64,000 nucleotides of DNA from assembly GCF_963506605.1 (NCBI RefSeq), contig NC_083284.1, positions 40,300,001 to 40,364,000 on the forward strand, written 5' to 3'. Positions 36,410 through 47,775 of the stretch are shown here, in pieces (position 1 is the stretch's first letter; each line of letters begins with the position of its first letter). The translations under genes were made by a program, and so were the position numbers. Source of the DNA: Zootoca vivipara. Lineage: Eukaryota. The notes under the pieces are model-generated. The model was not told the origin of the DNA. It saw only the letters and a program-made list of their open reading frames with translations, and did not search any database.

Positions 36410-36661
36410 CAGTGGTGCCTCGACTTACGAAGGTGCCTTTGGAACGGATTAAATTCGTAAGTCGAAAACGGCATTGGAAACGCAATTTCCCATAGGAATG
36501 CATTGGAAACGAAAAAATTCGTAAGTTGAAGCAACCCTATCTAAAACCGCCACATTCCCCCCCCCCCGGATGACGAGACATTCGTAAGCGCGTGGCCATT
36601 ACCCCCATTCGTAAATCGAAAAATTCGGTTGTCAAGTCGTTCGTAAGTTGAGGTACCACTG
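36410..36661 (-). mobile_element. Tc1/mariner (Tigger-like) MITE, same family as 7009-7251
   Basis: TA|CAGTGGTGCCTCGACTTACGAA...TTCGTAAGTTGAGGTACCACTG|TA; GAAGCAACCCTATCTAAAA is the reverse of 7123-7140. Confidence 0.85.
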
Positions 36662-36725
36662 TACAGATTTACATTTTGCTTTAATTTTCCAGAGGGAGAC
36701 TTGATTTCCTGTTCTATTCTAAGTA

Positions 36726-36952
36726 CAGTGGTACCTCAGGTTACAGACACTTCAGGTTACAGGTGCTTCAGGTTACAGACTCCGCTAACCCAGAAATAGT
36801 ACCTCGGGTTAAGAACTTTGCTTCAGGATGAGAACAGAAATCGTGCGGTGGTGCGGCGGCAGCGGGAGGCCCCATTAGTTAAAGTGGTACCTCAGGTTAA
36901 GAAGAGTTTCAGGTTAACAACAGACCTCCGGAACGAATTAAGTTCTTAACTG
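36726..36952. mobile_element. Tc1/mariner (Tigger-like) MITE, right TIR partly deleted
   Basis: TA|CAGTGGTACCTCAGGTTA; internal TCAGGTTA repeats; ends TTCTTAACTG|TA. Confidence 0.75.
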
Positions 36953-38110
36953 TATAAAGCTGCCCAAAATAAGTGGACTTTACTCCCAGGGAAGTGTGCT
37001 ATAATTTGTAGGTATGAGGCAGATTACAGACCATGCCACATTTTTCAGTGTCCCTTGCTGATTTGTAATCCTCGCCTGTGTTCTAGCTAATGTTAGTCCT
37101 ATTCAAAGTAGACCTATTGAAATTAATGGACGTAACTTAGTCACGCCTCATCATTTCAGTGGGCCTACTCTGAGACTAATCTTGGATGCAACCCAGAACA
37201 TCATTTTCTGATTTTTATTATATTATTAATGCCCATGTCTTTAAAAAGAGAGAAGTACATAATTAACTCCCCCACTGTTATAGTTGGGTTGGTCCTGTTG
37301 GAATTTGAATTTTATTGCAGGCCAGAAAAACCTAATGAGTTAGAAATGGAACCAAGGCAAAAAGGTGCTTTGATATCATTCACCCAGTAAAGTGGCTGTT
37401 CTGTAGACAAAAATGTATTGCTGAACCAAATATTGTTGGCAGGTTTTCTTTCTCCCTGACCTCAGCGCTTTAATTTTCAACTCGGAATCTGCACATGTTC
37501 TTATTATGCTTTTTGCATTTACTGTTGCAACATGTACATTGTAGGACAAGGGCTTGTTAACCATAAGCATCTCTCCGGTTGGCAGGCAGCCTGCAGCAGC
37601 ACTTCTCACAGATGTTTCTGCTTTACAGATCAATACAAGAAGAGCTCTTGCCTTGTCCAGGATGGAAACAAATGCCAGCACGGCGTTCCAGTGACAACTA
37701 CTATGACACAAGGAGGTTGATCAGAATGCCATGCTTTATTGTCACCTCCACCAATGAAAAATAAAGTGATATTAAAAGAGACATGTTTTAATTATCCATC
37801 TAGAGTTGATGAGACTTGGCAAGACTCCTGTCTTTTTGAAACAGAGGGGGACTACCTTTTTTTGTGGGCCACATACCAGTGATGGGTGAAGCCAAAAGCA
37901 AAAACGGGCAAGATGCAATTCTTACCTTTGTGCAGCAAGCTACATTCAGTGGATGCTGGTGCCCATTCAACCTGGCAGAAGGGCAGGACGCCAACAGTAG
38001 CAGGGGCAGAGCAAATGCCTGGGAGAATAGAACCAATATTAGCAAGAGCAGAGCTATTTTTCTAGAAAAAGAGGTGCCGGAACCAGTGCTTTTTGGGGTG
38101 GGGTGGGGAG

Positions 38111-38616
38111 AAGGACAGATGCTAGGGTTTTTTGCACCCTAGGCGAGATAACCTTCTGCCCCCCCCTGGGCCTGGCCCAGCCTTCACCCCCTTCCCTTCC
38201 CAGTGCCCCTCCGGCTTACCTGGGACGTCAACGGCTCGGTTGCTCTGGCCGCCCTCAGGCTCAGCCACGGACCCCCGGGCGCAACAGCAGCTGCTCCTGC
38301 CTGCCCGAGAAGTAGAGCATGGTGACCGCGCCCGGAGCCGAAGGCCCGGCTCTGGCGCGCGCACCACGGGAAGGGGCTGCTCTCGCCCTACGTGTCCTCC
38401 ACACGCTGCTGCCCTCGGCGCTCCAGGCATGCCTGGGCTGCACCAGCGCCGCTGCTGCCGCCTGCCCTGGATGCGGGTAGGTGGCGTCGGGATGCAGCGG
38501 CCGCACGGCAGAGCGAGTCCTGTGAAGCCAGCAGCGCTCCCCATCATGCCAGCGCCCCCTCCATTTTGGCAGCCTAGGCAACTGCCTAGTTTGTCTTAAT
38601 GGACACGCCAGCCCTG
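38111..38616. mobile_element. hAT-like element (CAGGGCCGG-type), innermost layer, carrying a captured pappalysin exon fragment
   Basis: Right end CCTAGGCAACTGCCTAG...ACGCCAGCCCTG; degenerate left end AAGGACAGATGCTAGGGTTTTTTGCACCCTAGGCG; TSD not recognisable. Confidence 0.6.
38220..38545 (-). pseudogene. PAPPA2: Transposon-captured, frameshifted fragment of a pappalysin (PAPPA2-like) first coding exon
   Basis: Minus strand reads WRTRR-ARAAPSRGARARAGPSAPGAVTM-LYFSGRQEQLLLRPGV, then after a deletion/frameshift PEGGQSNRAVDVP-G|GTAAGC. Human PAPPA2 as recalled: ILYFSGRRERLLLRPEV...WVKPEGGQNNPAIIAG; PAPPA: ALYFSGRGEQLRLR...WLRAEGGQRSPAVITG. Upper boundary is approximate. Confidence 0.8.
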
Positions 38617-39123
38617 GTACCGACACCTCTTTTTGTTGTTGTTAAAAAGTGTGGTGAGTACTGGCACCTATTTTATTAGAAAAAAGGCACTGGCCAAAAC
38701 TCTCCATGACTGCCTCTCTTGTTCTCTTATAATGCTAATGGCGCCCACCCGAGAGGTGCCAGAACTGAGTTCTGACCAGTTCCTGCTGAAAAAAGCACTG
38801 AGCAAGAGCCAACTAATTTTGGTTTTGCTCTCATCCTCCTTCCTGTTGAATTCTACAAAGGCAACACTAAGACTAAGGAGGAGGAAGCTGACAGCCAGAT
38901 GCTACCCCCCCCCCTGGGTTGGATATAAGGAAGGAGGTATCTTAGTTGCACTAGCCTCTGCTGGATACATAGCTGCCATGCAAAAGCCAGAGGTTTCTAG
39001 ACACCCATCTTTCATCCAGACAAGCAAGAGGCATCAGCGTATTTGAAGGACACATTTCAACATGGGAGTAGGGAATTAGGACATGACAAGCAGCCTTTCC
39101 CCTAGTCTTGTACAAAGATACTG

Positions 39124-39532
39124 CATACCTGCCAAGTCTCCTACTGAAAAATGCAGGATCAGCAGCGACGCAGCACCGGAAGTTGCGTAGAAGCAGCTTC
39201 CGGGGCCGCTCTACCCATGTGTGGGCACCAGAAATAGGGCAGAGCGGCACCGGAAGTCACTTCTATGCCATCTTGGTGACGGCCACATGGCGGCGGCCAT
39301 CTTGGTGATGGCTGCTGCCATATGGCCGCCGGGCATGCGTAGAAGTGACTTCCGGTGCCGCTCTGATCTATTTCCGGTGCCCACACATGGGCAGAGGAGC
39401 ACCCAAAATGAAGGCTCCCTGGCAGGTAGGAAATCCGGGGGATTTCTGGGATTTTTCTCCATTCGGGAGAACAGCGGGAAACTGATTAAAATCCGGGGTT
39501 TCCCATGAAAAACGGGATACTTGGCAGCTAAG
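39124..39532. mobile_element. hAT MITE with a 52-bp internal inverted repeat rich in ETS/YY1 motifs
   Basis: CATACCTGCCAAGT...ACTTGGCAGCTAAG ends; degenerate TSD AGATACTG / GATTACTG; arms at 39214-39265 and 39340-39391. Confidence 0.8.
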
Positions 39533-40099
39533 GATTACTGTCATCTGTGGCAATGGAGCCCTCGTGTGTACAGCTGCACACCTAAAGGCTTCCACATGAC
39601 TTGAAACCCGGCACTATAATAGGGTTGCCATATTTTAAGCATATTTTAAACATTAATGCCTGAAGAACAATTAGAGATTTTAAGCTCCTAGAAATACTGA
39701 AGAATGGGCCAAACTATATGTGGCATTAATCAAGCATCTCTCAAGTACAAAAGCTGGGTGTTTGGTTTTTTTGACAAATAGCCAGTGTGGATCTTCATGG
39801 GTACCCTAATGTAATGTCTTCTGCTTCAGAGTCCCCATGTTGATAATATAAAATCTAGCACTTGTTTTGATCAGCCAGTCACATACACTAATTAGCGAAC
39901 CTTTTCAAATGAAAGGTGTTGGCAGAAAAGGGCAGAACATTAATTATTTTTTTCATTTCTACCTACTGAGGAAAGACCTCACCAGACAAAATCAATCCAC
40001 TTACCATAACCACCAAAGGACAAAGAAGTTTCAAACAGCAAACATCACACCTTTGCTGAGCACCTATGTGCTGAGGCACGGCCACAGCAAGTGATGGCG

Positions 40100-40695
40100 C
40101 ATCTGATTAGAAAAAGAGGAACCAGGTTCAATCCTTGGCATTTCCATATAGGGCTGAAAAAGGCTTCTGTCTTGGACTGCAGACATCCACTACTTGTCAG
40201 CACAGGGAGTAGTGAGCTAGATGGACCAATGTGTTAGAGATTCATTCCCTGTGTTTGCATTCATGGGATTGTTGTCTATCACATGATGGTATATGTTTTC
40301 ATTCCACAGAGTCGGACTTGACGGAAACAGGATGTTTGTTACTGTGTTTCCTGTAGTGGGACTATTGTCATTTGTTCTTTCTCTTTGCTGTCTGATGCTA
40401 GAGAGAGGGGGAGCCATGTTGCAGTAGTCTCCTATGTGTTTATATGTAAATAAACGTAGATTAGCCAAATGCTGAGCTACTGAGTTCTGTTACACAATTG
40501 CGCAAAGTCTGCAGATCCGTAAGTGTGCTGATGTCAGTTGGCATCAGTCGCTGTGATGTTCGGGTTGGAGAAAGCTTTCGAAGCTCCTGAACAATTGACC
40601 AGGAGGGAGGGAACATGCCAGTTGGGCATGTCTCTTTGCCAGGGTCCTACTTGCGAGTAAGAGATCCTAACACAATGATCCAACTTGGCAGCCAA
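40100..40695 (+). mobile_element. Decayed tRNA-derived squamate SINE split by a solo LTR
   Basis: B-box-like CCAGGTTCAATCCTTGGCAT and GAGCTAGATGGACCAATG tail that continues after the LTR. Confidence 0.5.
40232..40672 (+). mobile_element. Solo LTR (5-bp TSD; Copia/BEL/ERV-type)
   Basis: TGTTAG...CTAACA inverted termini; perfect TSD CAATG (40227-40231 / 40673-40677); internal AATAAA near 40449. Confidence 0.85.
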
Positions 40696-41414
40696 TGTGA
40701 TTAAAATTCCTCTGACCCCTGTTTTAAATCCATTGGTTTTTCTTCTTCTGTATCAGTGTTTAGTATCAGCTTTCTAGGTTGCATGCAGCCACCTAAAAAT
40801 GAAAGGCAAAAGAATGACTGACATTGGTGACATGACTGGCAGAAGAAGAAAACAGATTGTGCATTTTCACAGCTTCTAAAAATGTTCAGAGAGAGAATCC
40901 AAGGAATTCTGGGTAAATATCTACCTTCCAATCTTCAGCAGGAAGAATGCTTAGCCCAACTGTGCAGAAGTGGTACTCCAGATGGCTGTAACCTCAGAAA
41001 TTAGTCACACTATTAAATGCTTTCAGTCTCTCTATGCTCCAAACTGGTGAATACCCATCCCTTTCCCTGAGATTCACAGTGATCTCAACAAATACACAGA
41101 CACAGGCCATTCAATCTATACACCCCCTATGCCACAATCTCCTAGGTGGGTGTGGCAAGGGTGCCTCTCTTTCACCAGGTCCTTTCCTGAACTGGTTCTA
41201 CTATATTGTTCCCCAGAAGAGACACAGGAAGCTGCTGTCTAGACAGGGGATAAGGGGCATAGTTTGGTTGACCTGGCTCAGCTTGGGTTGAGGAGCCATT
41301 GCTCAATAATGTTCCAATGGAGACTTTGCTTGCATAAGGTCCCAAGAAGAGTGTGTCACTATCTCCTGCTAAAGGTGCCAGGGTGGAGATGCCACAGATT
41401 CTTGAATAAAGAGA

Positions 41415-41545
41415 GACAAGTGGTTATATGCGAATGCTAGAAGCCTCCAAGCCAAGACAGGCGAATTGGAGTACTGGGTTTTAGAAGATGGCATTGATAT
41501 AGTGGGCATAACAGAAACCCGGCATAATGGAAAGAGCCAGTGGTT
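41415..41545 (+). mobile_element. CR1 ORF2 endonuclease N-terminal fragment
   Basis: KWLYANARSLQAKTGELEYWVLEDGIDIVGITETRHNGKSQW, the APE-endonuclease motif (Y.NARS...DI.GITETW). Confidence 0.8.
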
Positions 41546-44500
41546 ATCTCTGCATATAAATTGTAGTACCCGTACACCATTCATATCTCCCCCAAATAGA
41601 ACAGCTGGCATGTTGCTTGATAGCACCCTCACACTAGGCATTTCAAGACTGTCACTATTTGGGGGGAAGATTCAGTTGCATACCAGCAAACTCACAACCA
41701 TAGTTGATGGAGAGGTCTTGCACAACAAGCTTGCACTAGGCTAAAATACCAGACTGTTCGTGATAAGGAAAACAAAGGAGACGTGCACTGGAAAGAAACA
41801 CCACTTAAACTCCCCGCAAACAGATCAGAAAGGATGCTCAGCAAACAGGACACGAGGAAGCACCCACTGAGTCGGCACCGCAGTGTAGTCAATAGTGCTT
41901 CAGACTTCCACCTGGAGCACAGGGGGAGAGATTCCTACCTCACTCTTCACTCTTTTATTGATACTGCAGCACCTTAGCTTTCTATTAAGGAGCTTTCAAA
42001 AGAACGTAAGAGTTTTGGCCTTCATCTCCAGTTCTGGTGTTAATGGGGATAATTTAAAGTTCACACCCATTTCCCAAAAGGGTTCTCCTTTCTTTCTTTT
42101 TTACCTTTAAAGTGTAATACGAAGTTTAAAATTATTTATTTTGATTGGAAGTATTTGGAAACTTTCCTCTCCGTTGCTTTTTAAAAGGTGTCATTGTTTT
42201 ATTAATGTTGATTAATAAAATTCCAAAAGCATTAGCAAAATTGAGTAAACTCCAACCTTTTTATGAGTGTGTGTCTCTGTGCGTGTGTGTGTGAAAATGA
42301 ATGTAATAAAAAAAATCCCAGCAGCTCTGTTAAACTGTATGCTTAGCAGTCTCCTTTGTGATGGTTCTACCAGATGTTTTATAATGCTAGACACAAGACC
42401 ATTTGCCTTTTTCCTCTCTCTCTCTCTCTCTCAGGAGGGAATAAAGAAGCCTTGGCTCTGACTCAGAAGCCTACAGATTGAGACCCTATAGCTCAGAAAC
42501 ACCGTAGCCTGCCCTTCAGTTGCAGAGAAATCTGGATTATTCACAGACAATCACTTCCCTGTTTTCTCTGTTGAAAAAAAAATTAATACTTTTTTTTTTA
42601 CTGATCATCTGCATGCTTATTGTTGGAAGCAAGCCTCACGTTGTTTGCTGTAACCTACTTCCAACTAATTGTGCATTGTACGGCAGCTTGAGAGAGCTAT
42701 TAAGGAGCCTACAGAATACATTTATCTTCCCAAAAATGTTGGTCCAAGCACTGTTCAAATGGGATAGTTGTCCCAAATACCTCTTCTGAAGTTTTCTGTC
42801 ATCTTAATACTCCAGTCATAGCATGAACTTCACCCTTCTCAGACAGACCAAACTACACAAAAGCAAGTCTTGTGATAAAACTATTTGTGGACTGTGCCAT
42901 TTAAGACTAGGGCATCTTGACCAGTTCTAGTCTTGGGATGCAAGCTGAAAAACATGAACAGGATAAAAAGGAGGATGTAGATTTTGGGGAAGAGGAACAA
43001 ACTGAACAGGCCTGAGCTGGTTCACTCTCTGCACTCAAAGCTGGTTAAAGCTTGCAATGAAAGAGGAGAAAAAGGACCATTCCGAAGAGTGATCAGAATA
43101 TTTTTTCACCCACCCTTGGGCCTTAATGCAAATCAGAATTGCATGGAATTTAAATATGGGAAGGTAATCTACGGAGCTGAAACGCACCTGTTCAAGAAGT
43201 TAACATTTTGTTTTTAAATCATTGTCAGCTGGGAAGAAGGTTCCAGTTAATTTAGGAAGACTTACTTTCACTATTCTTTCCAGGAACTGAAAACAAGCAA
43301 ACTTTTAATAAACCTATCTAAATGTTTAAGTGTGTGGAGAGAGACTGCTGTTTTACTGTTTTAGAAATATTTTATAGTTCCATGAAATTCTGGAAAGACT
43401 TATAAACCTAGCAGTGTTTGGGATGCAGACTGTTCAGAATAAACAAATACCCTCTTAGATGCCACTGGAGATTCATTATAAACTGGCCTAACCTATATTT
43501 TTATATAACACAAAAGCCAAGATGATACCACATGTCTACAGCCATCCCTTACTGTGAAGAGCTGGTTATAGAGTCACCTTGATTTAGAACAAGAGGGTGA
43601 TACATTTAAACACTGGGGAAGAACAACAAAAGGTGATAAAGTTCGATATGCATGCTGTCTCTGTTATCAGGTTTGCACTTATTAAAGCCCTTTCTTGTCC
43701 AACAAGCCTTTTAAGAGGAGTTTTTTTTTTTAAAAAAAAAAATCCCAATCTGTATTGGACTTGAAAATATATTTATAGGTGTTGTTACTGTTGATGTTTT
43801 CATTGTTAATTGCTTTGGGGTGTTTAATGGGAAACAATCCACAAAGGCAATAAATAGACTGGCATCAAAATAATTGACAAATAATATGGTTAGTAGTACA
43901 TCAAGAGATTTGGAGCCCATGTTTAAGACTCTCTGGGTAGAAATCTGGCTTTTAAAGAACCTGCACAGCTTTGAAACTTTTATACCAATGTAAAATTGTT
44001 TAAGATGTTCATTCAGTGAGCTAAGATCAGCAGGGGAAGTAGGTTTGTTTCAACCTTTCTGGAAAATGAGGGCAGAGTAATTTAGAAAAACAGCACCATT
44101 TTTTATGATTGCAATTTTTTCTCTCTGGATTGTGTAGCCCACAGCACAGCTGGCTCAATACAGATGGCCATTCCTCCGTGGTTCACATGGCATAGATCCA
44201 TTGAAATCAATGGTCTTGATTTTAATAGAACTGCATCACCAATTTGCATCAGCAGACAGCCATGCCAGTTTTATGTATTGCCAAGTCCTGGGGAGACATT
44301 CCAGGAATAGCCCCACACTGTTTATGTTCTGGAAAAGCCTAGCAGCATAAATGAAGAATTCAAATTCTTTCTTTGTTAGATTGTATTCATACAACCAAGC
44401 AGAACTCAGACACCTATTAGCAGGGTGCATGATGTATAAGCAGAAGAATGTAGCCAAACAAGTTGCACACAGCGGAAGAGTTCGAAATAAACCAAGTGGG

Positions 44501-45591
44501 GGGAAAGTAGTGGCCATTAGAAGTAATCATGAGAAAAATTTGAAATGAGATTATGCTCTCAGTAAAAGTAGAGATCTGGAAAGCTGGGTATCTGTAGGAG
44601 AGGGAGATAGCTGAATATGCTGTTTTATTGCTCGTGTGAATGTGACCATGTGAATAACATACATTTAAAATATATGCAGATTCATGATTGCTCACAAGCT
44701 ATCTATGAATGGAAGAACCCTCCCTAAAAGGTAAACAATTTTGGCTGCCTTTGTCATGGGAACTACTTTCCCATATGCAGTATGATTCAATCGAGTGATG
44801 AAATGAATGGGACCATCTTGCAAATTGCTCCTGTTCCCGCTAAACTGGCTCTTAAGGAAAAACTAATTAAATTCCTGAATATTTCTGAAAGAGAAAGGCA
44901 GACATGTTGGTGGTCTTCTTTTCATACACAACATTTTAAACCTCTATGACCCATCCCAGGTATTTGTGACCTGTGGGGGGGGGTGCATTATCCTACTTCT
45001 GTCCAAATAACTGCAAATGAGAGAGAGATTAAAATGAGCACTGGATACATCAGTTGCAGACCTGTAGATTATGTACTGCCGTGAGCTCTTGTCCAGGTAC
45101 CACTTGAAATGCTGCAGAGAAATTGACAAAGGCCATTTGCCTGCAGATGGCCATGGTTTGGGAAAGAAGGAGCATGCATGCCTCTGAAAAGCAGTTTTAG
45201 TGCATTCATTCTTAACCTTGCTTACTTGGAAACTCATGTCATAGCTTTTGATGGGGTCCAGTTCCAATTAAATGTGTGTGGTGTTGTAGCCTGAGTGCCT
45301 AATGCAGCCAAAATTAAAAAAATGATACTTATTTCACCGAGAAATCAGTGGGGCTTAGAAATATTTGTGTGCCCTACATTACTGCCGCTCACCCTTCAGA
45401 AGGAAACTGTCCCCATAGAGCTGGAGGGCAAAACTTTGGGGCCCCAACAACAATGTTTGAGGGCCACAGAGTACCCACTACAGCTGTAGATGCTTCCTGG
45501 AACTTCCTACTTTCCAGGTAAAGGAGAGTATGAATCAATATCAACGCCATATGTAATGCTTTAATGATGGCCAGCAAGCCAAATATTATGA

Positions 45592-45648
<57 letters not shown>
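45592..45648. repeat. Compound (TC)n(TG)n microsatellite
   Basis: Directly visible. Confidence 0.95.
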
Positions 45649-45650
<2 letters not shown>

Positions 45651-47227
45651 CCTCCTGTCTTATGATCTGAAAAAGACTTCATATACTGTACTGAAAATGC
45701 ATAGTTACAAATCATTTAAAAGTATATAAAGTCTTTGAACAGCATTTACGAAAAAGTGAGATACACACACATGCTTTCTGAAGCTTGTAACGTTTGTATT
45801 TTGGCCATCAGCACACACAGAAATTGTACTAGGCACTGACGCTGGATGCATAATGCATGCCAATATCTTTCAGCGCTCTCAGGGAGGTAGGCAAGCAAGC
45901 AAGAACCGTGTGCTTTCAGCTGTGCTTCCATTCAATGTTGTAAATCACGATATGGGTGAGACTGAGAACAAGAGTGTTATTATGGTTCTGAAATCACTGA
46001 AGCTTGCTGGACCCTGAGCTTCGGTTTGGAGCCGAGCTGCTTGGATTCTCCTCAGCAGGCTGATTTACAACTTGTTGCTTTGGAGTTCTTCAGGCAAGAG
46101 TGTGAAGGTGCTCAGCAACCACACTTTGAATCCTCAGCAAACTCCTAGCTGTGCACTATTTCAAGCCTCCGGGACAGTCAGGAAGGTAGCATTTAAAGTT
46201 TTAATAGGCTTAGAGTTAACTCCGGAGTGGACAGACATCTGCTTGCATCCTTTATTTATGACTGCCTCTTTTTCAGTTGGTTTAGCAAATTATCCTTCAG
46301 AGAATTCTCTGGGATTTTGGCAGCCCAGAAACGCTTTCACAAATGATCTGAGCTTTTGCCAGCTCCATAGGTCACCTCTCCCCACCCCTACTCCCCACCC
46401 AATCTGCCATGGCACCTTGGGGAGCCCTTGTCAAATACTTAATTTGGAGCTTTTTCTTTGGAATGCACTTTATCACACACCTTTTCTGTGCCAATACCTT
46501 TTACAGACTCTAGCAGAAATAACTTGCCATATGCTAACATGCTCGCTTGTTAAATTGCTTTTAAAAGTCAGCGCATATTCCAAATGGCACAGTGTGGGAT
46601 ACGACTGACTAAATAATCCCACAACACCTTTAAGAAAACACCACAAAAGATGCATTTGCTCTGATGCACCCAAAGAAAACCACCTTACTTATTGTTTCCT
46701 TTGCCTTTTATTTCCTTTCTCATTGGTTCACTTGGTAAATAACTTGGGAATCTGGGTACCACTGAATAATCAGACCGGTTACAGCAGTGGTGGGAGCCTG
46801 TGGTCCTCAAGATAGGATTGGACTCCCAACTCCCACTGGCCAACACTGATGGGCGATGGAAATTGTGACAACTGCAGTGACATCTGCAGAACCACAGGTT
46901 CTGCATTCCAGTGCAGGGGGAAACATGTTTGCATCAAATTTAAGAAAACCTAGAAGCGCCACTTCTATTGATGACTCAGTAAAGATCCCCCTGCTCCTTA
47001 GGAACACTGAGCTTTGCTATATTGCCTTTCACTATTTCTCTCTCTCTCCCCCCCCTCCCCCCCTGGGCAGACATTAAATCTGCTCACATCATTTGATTCG
47101 CCTACGTCAATAATCAATTTTCATGCAGTGAAGGGTCACACCACCCAAGGTTGTCATCAGCATTCTTAAATACTAATAGCCCCTTCAGATGGGTGGGTGT
47201 GTCTAACACAACAGGTATATTCTACAA

Positions 47228-47617
47228 CAGGCACGTCCAATAGGTAGATCGTGATCTACCAGTAGATCACTGGATGTCTGTGGTAGATCACTGGTAGATC
47301 ACTGGCTCCCCCCAAAGAAGCTCAACAACTTTGGCTCCCCTAAAAAATGCTCAACATTTTAGCCCTTCACCTCCCAAAAACAGGGCTTTCCTGCCTCAGA
47401 AAAGCTCAACAACTCTGACCTGAACCCCTAAAAATGGGGCTTCCTCCTTCCTAAAAAAATCTCAACAACTTTGACCTATAACCCTAAAAAATGGGGCTTT
47501 CCTCCTCCCTAAAAAAAGCTTAACAACTTTGACCTGAACACCCCAAAAGGGGGTAGATCGCTGCCAATTTTTAACTCTGTGAGTAGATCGCAGTCTCTTC
47601 GCAGTTGGCCACCCCTG
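47228..47617. mobile_element. Charlie-type hAT MITE with internal ~57-bp minisatellite
   Basis: Perfect TSD TTCTACAA (47220-47227 / 47618-47625); CAGGCACGTCCAA / TTGGCCACCCCTG ends; GTAGATC subterminal repeats; about 4 units AAAGCTCAACAACTTTGACC... Confidence 0.88.
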
Positions 47618-47775
47618 TTCTACAACATGTCATTGATTTAATATTAATGCATGAGTGATGGATTTACACTGAGCCATCCGGACACCAGTCCACTTTATTA
47701 TGTGCTCTTCAATACTTTCCCAAGGTCACTGCATTATTACCATCTGAAGGGGCAGCACAGGGGAACACATGCACA

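Larger units (their letters stand above)
38084..38692. mobile_element. hAT MITE, middle layer
   Basis: CAGTGCTTTTT...AAAAAGGCACTG TIRs; TSD GCCGGAAC (38076-38083) / GCCAAAAC (38693-38700). Confidence 0.75.
38049..38800 (-). mobile_element. hAT MITE, outer layer of a three-level nest
   Basis: Perfect TSD AGCAAGAG (38041-38048 / 38801-38808); the two halves (38049-38083, 38701-38800) reconstruct the intact copy at 63172-63325 in reverse. Confidence 0.85.

Noticed and set aside
38220-38545. Possibility that this is the real PAPPA2 or PAPPA gene
   Set aside because: Internal deletion and frameshift, no signal peptide, enclosed in nested transposon ends, and the large following pappalysin exon was not seen in the 38 kb downstream on the minus strand.
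45960-46370. Protein-looking open stretches and splice-like sites
   Set aside because: No consistent acceptor/donor pair with an open frame and no recognisable homology.
47070-47165. Motif-rich unique stretch resembling an enhancer (also 23690-23760)
   Set aside because: Short motifs alone cannot support a regulatory call without conservation data.
47310-47545. Regularly spaced repeats resembling a CRISPR array
   Set aside because: Eukaryotic DNA; the intervening parts are homologous to each other, so this is a minisatellite inside a MITE.
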